Source of the DNA: Candidatus Woesearchaeota archaeon
GTDB lineage: Archaea; Nanobdellota; Nanobdellia; SCGC-AAA011-G17; JAGVZF01
Assembly (NCBI GenBank): GCA_964549185.1
Contig: CAZJUI010000004.1
Location: 40,878-54,536, forward strand
Direction: 5' to 3'
Length of the DNA: 13,659 bases
Positions 7,352 to 13,042 of this stretch are shown piece after piece (within the stretch, counting starts at the first letter, position 1; every line of letters starts with the position of its first letter). The position numbers were made by a program, and so were the translations under genes. The notes under the pieces were generated by a model, which did no database searches, was not told the origin of the DNA, and saw only the letters and a list, made by a program, of their open reading frames with translations.

Positions 7352-7738
7352 TTAAGAAAATCTCCCTATAGCATATCCTGCTGCATATCCAATACAAGTT
7401 TCTATTGCTGTTTTTAAACTAGTTCCAAAAGTTTCTTTAACAATATTTGGAGTACTTAATTTTTTATTTATTTCTGTTAAAACAGGATCATTATAAACCT
7501 TAAGACCTTGCCCAGGCGTAATCTCAAAAATGTTACTATCATAATTAAACCTTTTTCTAGAATATAACATTGCACTAGGCACTGTTAAAGTAGCAAAAAC
7601 CGTTGGACCATATTTTAGTAATTCATCTAAATGACCAATCTCAATACCCTTCGCTTTAGAAAAACCTACAGAAGCTCCTGACAAAACTGTACCAATGTCA
7701 AAAAGGGGGATTCCATTTAATTCTAGTAATCTTGCCAT
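7352..7738 (-). CDS. Hypothetical 128-aa protein with Gly/Ala-rich hydrophobic ends
   Basis: GTVLSGASVGF near the N-terminus and CIGYAAGYAIG at the C-terminus. It lies 13 nt downstream of the 88-aa gene, so the two are probably co-transcribed. Confidence 0.65.
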   Translation of the reverse strand: MARLLELNGIPLFDIGTVLSGASVGFSKAKGIEIGHLDELLKYGPTVFATLTVPSAMLYSRKRFNYDSNIFEITPGQGLKVYNDPVLTEINKKLSTPNIVKETFGTSLKTAIETCIGYAAGYAIGRFS

Positions 7739-7751
7739 AGTATTAAATTTA

Positions 7752-8018
7752 TTATTTTTTAAATTCTGTTTTTAGTAAGGAATCTAAAGAATTACCTAAT
7801 GCACTCAGAACTTCTCCACCTATAACTAAACCACTCACAGATGTTGCAGCAACTGTTAGATATGGATGTCTTTGTATAATAAAATCGAGTGTATCTCTAT
7901 TTTCATGAATAGTTTTGGCAAAATTTGCTATATCAAATCCTGAAATAAGACCATATGTCCCTCCAGCAAATGCACCAATAATCGTTCCAAACAATGCACA
8001 ATATCCATTAATTTTCAT
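7752..8018 (-). CDS. Small glycine-zipper membrane protein (88 aa)
   Basis: FGTIIGAFAGGTYGLISG and SVSGLVIGGEVLSALG are GxxxG-type segments. There is a strong SD, GGAGG (8028..8024), 5 nt before the ATG, and a TATA at 8060-8067. Confidence 0.7.
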   Translation of the reverse strand: MKINGYCALFGTIIGAFAGGTYGLISGFDIANFAKTIHENRDTLDFIIQRHPYLTVAATSVSGLVIGGEVLSALGNSLDSLLKTEFKK

Positions 8019-8108
8019 TTATTCCTCCAAATTTTGATAAAATTAGTAGAATTCATCCATATATAAACCTTTCTATTTGTCACTACTATAAAATAATTAA
8101 GAAAAAAA

Positions 8109-9302
8109 TTAAAAATCTTTTCTTGTTAAGACTTCTACTTTAGTATCTTGCTGTCTAACTTTGCTTTCATTAGCAATTAAGAATTTAACTCTTGCTTTTT
8201 CAGCCATTCCAACTAATTCTCTATCAACAAAGCCATCTATTACAATAGCGTTAATTCCCGAATTAAGAGAACGTAAAGTAACAGCTAATTCGCTCATTGG
8301 AACTTTTCCTAGAACATTACTATCTCTATCTAAAATATATGCCCCTCTTGTTCCTAGTAAGTCATCTAGCATTTGCTTGAATGTAGCTAGCTCTTGAGGT
8401 GTTGCAGTTGTTTTTCTTTTGACAACTAATGGAGGTTGTTTAAGTCTTTCAGAATCTGATTCTGCTTTTGTGGTAATTTCCATTCTTATTTGTTCGATTG
8501 CTATCTTTCCACGTAAAGCTTTAAGCAATTCTTTCTTAGTTATCTCTTCAACTTCTTTTCCGTCAGGAGCTTTAACTACAAAGTCAATCTCAGCTGAATC
8601 TAATAATTCTCTAATAATTAAGTCTCCGCCTCTATCTCCATCTACAAAGACAGTTATTGTCTTTCTTCTAGATAGATCTTTTATAGTTTCAGGAACTGAT
8701 GTTCCGTTCATTGCAATAACATTCTTAATTCCATTTTTCAATAAATTAAGAACATCTGCTCTTCCTTCTACAACTATGATTTCTTCTGCTTCCTCTATTC
8801 CAGGACCTGCTGGCAATCTATCTTTACCATATTCTGTTATTTCCATAACCCTAACAGAAGCTGTAACTTCTTCTGTAATTTCCTGAGAATCAGGCAAGAC
8901 ATTTTCAGTTAGATTTTTAAGCAATTCTTTGGCTCTTTCAATTACATATCCTCTTTTAGAAATTCTAACATCTTCTACGTTTTCTACCTTAACTTTGGCA
9001 TTACATGGACCTATTCTTTGAATTGTTTCAAGAGCAGCTCCTATAATAACGGTTTCGACTTTATCTAGAGAACTAGGTATAATAATATAACCAGAGCTTT
9101 TTCCTGATTTTGTGTCTAATTTAACTTCTATTCTTCCTATTCTACCATTACGCTGTAATTCCCTGAGCTCTAATTCTGCTCCGAGTAATCCCTCTGTTTG
9201 TCCAAATATTGCTCCAATAACGTCTGGACGGTCTACTATTCCGTCTATCTGTATTTGAGTATGAACTATATATTTCGCTGATACTGGGCTTATCTTTCCC
9301 AT
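8109..9302 (-). CDS. dnaG: Archaeal DnaG primase (TOPRIM domain)
   Basis: KYIVHTQIQIDGIVDRPDVIGAIFGQTEGLLG...LRELQRNGRIGRI...IIPSSLDKVETVIIGAALETIQRIGPC is the archaeal DnaG N-terminal signature. The TOPRIM part is IIVVEGRADVLNLLKNGIKNVIAMNGT...VFVDGDRGGDLI. The track starts at GTG 9311, but I prefer ATG 9302. The start remains ambiguous. Confidence 0.93.
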   Translation of the reverse strand: MGKISPVSAKYIVHTQIQIDGIVDRPDVIGAIFGQTEGLLGAELELRELQRNGRIGRIEVKLDTKSGKSSGYIIIPSSLDKVETVIIGAALETIQRIGPCNAKVKVENVEDVRISKRGYVIERAKELLKNLTENVLPDSQEITEEVTASVRVMEITEYGKDRLPAGPGIEEAEEIIVVEGRADVLNLLKNGIKNVIAMNGTSVPETIKDLSRRKTITVFVDGDRGGDLIIRELLDSAEIDFVVKAPDGKEVEEITKKELLKALRGKIAIEQIRMEITTKAESDSERLKQPPLVVKRKTTATPQELATFKQMLDDLLGTRGAYILDRDSNVLGKVPMSELAVTLRSLNSGINAIVIDGFVDRELVGMAEKARVKFLIANESKVRQQDTKVEVLTRKDF

Positions 9303-9336
9303 TTTCTTCACTTCCTATGTTATTTTTCATTTTGAT

Positions 9337-9344
9337 CATATAAA
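9337..9344 (-). promoter_or_regulatory. TATA box (TTTATATG on the minus strand) for dnaG
   Basis: It lies 25 nt upstream of GTG 9311 and 34 nt upstream of ATG 9302. Confidence 0.45.
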
Positions 9345-9400
9345 CCTCTAAGAATAAGACTAAGCCGGTTTTTAAATAAACCGATTCACCCCCCAAATTT

Positions 9401-9552
9401 AAAATAAAAGGTTTTTTACCTGTGATATTGTAAATGTGATATATTCTAGCCTTACTCTTGCTTTCTAAGGTTATATTGCCCGTAACACTAACTCCCAAGC
9501 ATCATAGCTTGAATTTTTCGTTAGCTCCGTTGAGTATTCTCGTGACGGGCCT
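9401..9552 (-). ncRNA. Candidate structured small RNA of unknown class (~150 nt) with its own promoter and oligo-U end
   Basis: A TATA (TTTATATA, 9582..9575) sits 22 nt upstream of A9552. Minus strand 9550..9478 folds as GCCCGU/ACGGGC, CUAAC/GUUAG and an apical CAAGC-UAUGAU-GCUUG hairpin. A second hairpin, CCUUA-N11-UAAGG, lies at 9470..9450. The region ends in GGU-A5-ACC followed by UUUUAUUUU (9420..9401). It is GC-enriched relative to its flanks. Confidence 0.45.
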
Positions 9553-9628
9553 ATTAAATAGAAAGTAAAACTTGTATATAAATGTTTGTTTTTTTATATG
9601 TTGTAATATATATGTTAGAAAAGATAGA

Positions 9629-9636
9629 TTTATATA
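9629..9636 (+). promoter_or_regulatory. TATA box (TTTATATA) 24 nt upstream of ATG 9661
   Basis: Seen directly in the sequence. Confidence 0.45.
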
Positions 9637-9660
9637 TTTTTTGGTGTTTGTTTTAATAAA

Positions 9661-9882
9661 ATGAAATTTAAAGACTTAGGTTATAGGGCTCCACCAAAAT
9701 TTTTACAGATTGCAGGATTAGGTTATTTATTATACGGCCTCTTTACAGGAAATGGAGTTGCAGTGCAAGCAGGAATATACAGTGGTGCTGCAGGAACAAT
9801 TCTTGATATGAGAGCAAATTATGTGAATAACAGAATCAAGAAGTTAGAAGAAAAAATAGAAAGTTTAGAAAGAAGAGTTTAA
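9661..9882 (+). CDS. Small membrane protein (73 aa): Gly-rich TM segments plus a C-terminal coiled coil
   Basis: IAGLGYLLYGLFTGNGVAVQAGIYSGAAGTIL followed by NNRIKKLEEKIESLERRV. Confidence 0.6.
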   Translation: MKFKDLGYRAPPKFLQIAGLGYLLYGLFTGNGVAVQAGIYSGAAGTILDMRANYVNNRIKKLEEKIESLERRV

Positions 9883-9922
9883 GTCACTTCTCTTTTACCA
9901 AGTTTAAATAGCTAAAAAGAAC

Positions 9923-10324
9923 ATGGTAAACTATGAACATTTGTTTCATGGAACTAATGAAGACTATATAAGAATGAATAGTAACACGGGTTATTTTCTT
10001 TCAAGAGATAGATATAGCTCAAAACCATTAATTGCGCTAATTTGGGCAACAAAACATGGGAAGGATTTTGAAAGTAAAATGGCAGTTATTACTTTATTTG
10101 ATGTAATATTAAAACGAAGGATAGAAGAAGGTGGACCATTATCTAGCAGAGGAGTTGATATTTTGGTAAACCAAAGAGAGATTGAAGGAGGAAGAAATCC
10201 AAATATTAATGGAATTAAGATTTATAGAGAGCATGAAATGGAGGAGTTTATTAGAAAATTTGTTAAACTAGAAAATATTCCAAGATTGAACATAGATGAA
10301 TTAATAAGATTTTATTGTAGGTAA
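9923..10324 (+). CDS. Hypothetical 133-aa protein. Motif pattern resembles the NAD-binding (ART-fold) C-lobe of Tpt1/KptA.
   Basis: HLFHGTNED...GYFLSRD...ATKHGKD...AVITLFDVILKRRIEEG compares with the Tpt1/KptA pattern as I recall it: LYHGT...YVHLSAD...G(A/R)RHG.PV.L.V....(K/R)RG. This rests on recollection only, with no alignment run. Confidence 0.6.
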   Translation: MVNYEHLFHGTNEDYIRMNSNTGYFLSRDRYSSKPLIALIWATKHGKDFESKMAVITLFDVILKRRIEEGGPLSSRGVDILVNQREIEGGRNPNINGIKIYREHEMEEFIRKFVKLENIPRLNIDELIRFYCR

Positions 10325-10364
10325 TTATTTAATTTTTACCAAATTCAAATAAGATTATTTATTT

Positions 10365-10856
10365 TTAGGAAGAAAATTCATTAATTGCTTTTACCACTTG
10401 GTTAACTAGATCTTTAGTAATAAATAAAGATGATTTAACATATAACTCATTAACTTTTTTTATTGCTGTTCTTTTATCAATTAATTTTTCTCTAAATGCC
10501 CTTAAAATAATCCCAATTGTCCCATGTGTAGCTATATTATAACTTTTAGCAATGTTTCTAGCTTCTAAATCGTCAGTTAAAAAAATTTCTGCCTTTTCTT
10601 GTAATACAAGAGATATTGCTTCAGATTCTCCAAGGTCAAGGTTATGCTGATTGACTAAAATCTTTACTGTATCTTTCCACCGGGATTTTAACGAGATTAT
10701 TTTTATTTTTTTTGGAACCAAGATTTTACTTTTTTTTAATTCATTCAATACTTCTTCAGGAATTAGTACATTATGAAAGACATTTAGTGCTTTTATTAAA
10801 TCAATTTCTGTTAGATGCAATATGGGCCCAGTATTAGAAACAACTTTATTTTCCAT
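10365..10856 (-). CDS. PIN-like nuclease-fold protein (DUF3368/COG2405 type), putative toxin
   Basis: VVSNTGPILHLTEIDLIKALNVFHNVLIPEEVLNEL and LDLGESEAISLVLQEKAEIFLTDDLEARNIAKSYNIATHGTIGIIL match the family pattern. The track starts at TTG 10871. ATG 10856 gives an 11-nt overlap with the antitoxin stop. Confidence 0.8.
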   Translation of the reverse strand: MENKVVSNTGPILHLTEIDLIKALNVFHNVLIPEEVLNELKKSKILVPKKIKIISLKSRWKDTVKILVNQHNLDLGESEAISLVLQEKAEIFLTDDLEARNIAKSYNIATHGTIGIILRAFREKLIDKRTAIKKVNELYVKSSLFITKDLVNQVVKAINEFSS

Positions 10857-11052
10857 ATAGTCCCCATTCAATATCTTCTTTTATTGCAGATTCTAATTGT
10901 GCAATTTTTTGCTTTTTGATAAGATTGCGCACTGCATCGCGTATAAGCTCAGATTTATTGGCGTACCAACCTTGCTTTATTATATCTTCCATTTCTATAA
11001 CTATTCGTCTTGTCAATTTTGTAGGTACAGTTTCCATTTTAGAATTTTCCAT
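10846..11052 (-). CDS. Ribbon-helix-helix (CopG-like) antitoxin
   Basis: RRIVIEMEDIIKQGWYANKSELIRDAVRNLI shows the beta-strand, helix, SELIR-A-R pattern of RHH proteins. It lies directly upstream of and overlapping the PIN-like gene. Confidence 0.75.
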   Translation of the reverse strand: MENSKMETVPTKLTRRIVIEMEDIIKQGWYANKSELIRDAVRNLIKKQKIAQLESAIKEDIEWGLYGK

Positions 11053-11054
11053 AA

Positions 11055-11081
11055 AGTATTACTATGGTAATACTATTTAAA
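11055..11081 (-). promoter_or_regulatory. Perfect 8-4-8 palindrome AGTATTAC-TATG-GTAATACT (11055-11074) abutting a TATA box (11074-11081). Putative autoregulatory operator of the RHH antitoxin.
   Basis: The palindrome occupies the 21 nt between the TATA (TTTAAATA on the minus strand) and ATG 11052, over the expected transcription start. Confidence 0.55.
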
Positions 11082-11086
11082 CTTTC

Positions 11087-11575
11087 CTATTTTATCTTTA
11101 CTAAATTTAAATAACTTTTAATTTCATCTTGTAAGTCTTTTACATCTTCTTTAAGATTTTTTTCATATTTTGACATTTTGTCAGGCGTTACAAACTTATC
11201 ATATGCACCTCTAATAAACTTTTTAGTTATACTTCCAGACCATTCATCATCATAATCTTTTTCCATTGTGGCTTCCAGTTCAATTGTAACATTGCCTTGA
11301 TACATCTTTTTGTTTTTTACAAGAACCTGCTTAGCTTTTACTTTTATATCGATATTAATGTGGAATTTAACATATTCATCTACTTTCTTTTCTGGCTGCC
11401 AGGATAACTTTAAGGATAAATTACCTGATTTATTTTCTTCTGCATGTTTTTTTTCAACATTCCCATAATCATTAGTTCTAAACCAGTCACGTAGAAATTT
11501 TAAGATATCATTGAGATCAAATACAGCATCTTGGCTAATCTCTATATTACGCACTACAAAATCTTCTTCTGACAT
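11087..11575 (-). CDS. Uncharacterised protein, paralogue A of a tandem triplet (162 aa)
   Basis: Shares FDLxD...WF, W-x2-E-K-K-V-D-E-Y-V-K-F, G-N-V, and a C-terminal YDKFVxxDK...LxxEIKxYL with the two upstream genes. Confidence 0.85.
   Translation of the reverse strand: MSEEDFVVRNIEISQDAVFDLNDILKFLRDWFRTNDYGNVEKKHAEENKSGNLSLKLSWQPEKKVDEYVKFHINIDIKVKAKQVLVKNKKMYQGNVTIELEATMEKDYDDEWSGSITKKFIRGAYDKFVTPDKMSKYEKNLKEDVKDLQDEIKSYLNLVKIK
11362..11386. repeat. 25-nt segment (ggaatttaacatattcatctacttt) identical to 12426-12450
   Basis: Encodes KVDEYVKF in paralogues A and C. All synonymous positions are identical. Confidence 0.9.
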
Positions 11576-11597
11576 AAAAACTTAAAAGAATAAGGAT

Positions 11598-11605
11598 TTA
11601 ATAAA
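11598..11605 (-). promoter_or_regulatory. TATA box TTTATTAA (minus strand) exactly 22 nt upstream of the paralogue A ATG (11575)
   Basis: Counted directly: the intervening positions are 11576-11597. Confidence 0.55.
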
Positions 11606-11613
11606 GTTAACGG

Positions 11614-12129
11614 TTATAGTTTATGGAAAGCAAGGTATTTTTTCACTTCATCTTGAAATTTATATGTTTTTTCATAGATATCTTGTTTATAACCATCTAT
11701 TCTGTCTTTTACAATGAAACTATCATATATTTTTTTAAGGAAACTTTCTTTTTTCCATTTCCCAGATCTGTTTCTTATTAATCTGGAGCTGATTCTCATA
11801 TCAATTTCTCCTCTATCTATCTTGACCTTTTTACTACCAACATTTACTTCAGCGTCTTTAACTCCGAAAATCAACATTGTTATCTCAATTTGATAAGCAA
11901 AATAATCTGAAACGTTTTTTTCACATATCCAACGGATTTCATATTGCTTACCGATTGGCTTGATACGCTCTACGTATTTTACTTCCTTAAAATTTTTAGT
12001 TTCATCACCGAAACCTTCATAGTCGAACCACCATTTTAACTGACGATACATATCTCCCAAATCAAAAACACCTTTCCAGTTTAGATTGATGCCTGGAACA
12101 ATGGTTATTGCGTCTGCCTCTTTGTGCAT
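11614..12129 (-). CDS. Uncharacterised protein, paralogue B of the triplet (171 aa, most divergent)
   Basis: GVFDLGDMYRQLKWWF, W-ICEKNVSDYFAYQIEI, GEIDM, YDSFIVKDRI...FQDEVKKYL align with paralogues A and C. Confidence 0.85.
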   Translation of the reverse strand: MHKEADAITIVPGINLNWKGVFDLGDMYRQLKWWFDYEGFGDETKNFKEVKYVERIKPIGKQYEIRWICEKNVSDYFAYQIEITMLIFGVKDAEVNVGSKKVKIDRGEIDMRISSRLIRNRSGKWKKESFLKKIYDSFIVKDRIDGYKQDIYEKTYKFQDEVKKYLAFHKL

Positions 12130-12151
12130 GAAATAAAAATAAACTAGATTA

Positions 12152-12159
12152 TTAATAAA
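12152..12159 (-). promoter_or_regulatory. TATA box TTTATTAA exactly 22 nt upstream of the paralogue B ATG (12129)
   Basis: Counted directly: the intervening positions are 12130-12151. Confidence 0.55.
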
Positions 12160-12168
12160 TCTTTTGGC

Positions 12169-12651
12169 TCATTCATGAAGCAAGGATTTTGAGTAATTTA
12201 CAAGCTCTTCTGTTTCATCATAAAGTTTTGCTGCATAATAGTTATTTATCTTATCTTTAAGAACAAATTTATTATAAATGTTAAATAATTTTTTCTTCAG
12301 TTTTTTATCTTGAAATTGATCTTTCCAATCTAGAATTAAGAAGGAATTTACAGTCACTCTAAGATTTCCCCTTAGATTACTTGATTCTTCACTATATTTT
12401 TCTAAGTCTATTAAGATTACAATAAGGAATTTAACATATTCATCTACTTTTCTTTCACCTTCCCAGTTTAATTTAATTTCTCGCCCCCAACCACCCTTTT
12501 CTTTATTTTTTGTAAATTTTTCCTGGAAGTCATAATGTCTTTTTACAAACCATGCATGCAGTTTTTTATAGAAATCATCAAAATTAAAGGATATTTCTTG
12601 ACTGGTGATTCTTAAACCACCACCAGGTGTGATTTTAATTTTTTCAGGCAT
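12169..12651 (-). CDS. Uncharacterised protein, paralogue C of the triplet (160 aa)
   Basis: FNFDDFYKKLHAWF, KLNWEGERKVDEYVKFLIVILI, GNLRV, YNKFVLKDKI...LVNYSKSLL. Confidence 0.85.
   Translation of the reverse strand: MPEKIKITPGGGLRITSQEISFNFDDFYKKLHAWFVKRHYDFQEKFTKNKEKGGWGREIKLNWEGERKVDEYVKFLIVILIDLEKYSEESSNLRGNLRVTVNSFLILDWKDQFQDKKLKKKLFNIYNKFVLKDKINNYYAAKLYDETEELVNYSKSLLHE
12426..12450. repeat. Second copy of the 25-nt identical segment (see 11362-11386)
   Basis: Direct comparison of the two stretches. Confidence 0.9.
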
Positions 12652-12673
12652 TGGTGATAAAATATGATGTTTG

Positions 12674-12681
12674 TTAATAAA
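12674..12681 (-). promoter_or_regulatory. TATA box TTTATTAA exactly 22 nt upstream of the paralogue C ATG (12651)
   Basis: Counted directly: the intervening positions are 12652-12673. Confidence 0.55.
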
Positions 12682-12754
12682 TGTTTTGGTTGTCGATTAA
12701 ATAACCTAGATAATAAGATTTATATATTAGCGTTTATATATGGTTTAAATTGAA

Positions 12755-13042
12755 GTGGACCCAGTTGACTACGACGGACATTACGAAGGAACGCTTATCG
12801 ATTATTCTGCATTAGGTGGTGCTATTGGCTCTGGAACTGAAGATACAACTGAAGAGCTAAAAATAGAATTGTCAAGAAAAACCGGATCACACAGCTTAGA
12901 AAGAATTACAGTTGATGCTGAATTTTGTGGTAATGGAAAATTAAGCAGTTTGTTAAGAAAACTTTCAACTCAAAGGGGATTGGCTATCGATATTGTTATT
13001 AAAAATGGAAAATATATTTCAATAAATTTTCCAAGAAATTAA
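12755..13042 (+). CDS. Hypothetical 95-aa ORF with a GTG start and no methionine codon. Coding status uncertain.
   Basis: There is an in-frame stop at 12746-12748, so only GTG 12755 (or ATT 12749) can initiate. The 5' 40 nt are about 55% G+C. It overlaps the convergent CBS gene by 4 nt. Confidence 0.4.
   Translation: MDPVDYDGHYEGTLIDYSALGGAIGSGTEDTTEELKIELSRKTGSHSLERITVDAEFCGNGKLSSLLRKLSTQRGLAIDIVIKNGKYISINFPRN

Noticed and set aside
8161-8886. Two plus-strand ORFs (78 and 155 aa, Ser/Ile/Leu/Thr-rich) inside dnaG
   Set aside because: Antisense to the strongly supported DnaG CDS. Low-complexity composition.
9148-9498. 116-aa minus-strand ORF spanning the dnaG start and the upstream intergenic region
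   Set aside because: It is out of frame with and overlaps dnaG. It runs through the dnaG TATA box and the structured-RNA candidate. It has no coding-like features.
9440-9500. Box C/D sRNA, prompted by AUGAUGC (minus strand) resembling a C box
   Set aside because: No CUGA D or D' box in the candidate transcript, and no terminal kink-turn arrangement.
9478-9550. The 73-nt hairpin as a tRNA (right length, 6-bp closing stem)
   Set aside because: No D-arm or T-arm geometry and no GTTC/T-loop consensus. The internal pairing gives one long bulged hairpin and not a cloverleaf.
9360-9552. RNase P RNA, prompted by AAAACCGGCUUAG (minus strand about 9375..9363) resembling the CR-V/P4 3' strand ACAGAAnCCGGCUUA
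   Set aside because: No matching CR-I/P4 5' strand (GAGGAAAGUCCGG-like) anywhere in the interval. The region is too short for type A or M RNase P RNA. The CCGGCUUA stretch lies downstream of the oligo-U tract and next to the dnaG TATA.
11576-12681. The identical TTTATTAA boxes of the three paralogues as a triplet-specific regulatory signature
   Set aside because: The same octamer at the same 22-nt spacing precedes the unrelated CBS gene (13595-13602). It is therefore the general promoter consensus of this genome and not a system-specific element.
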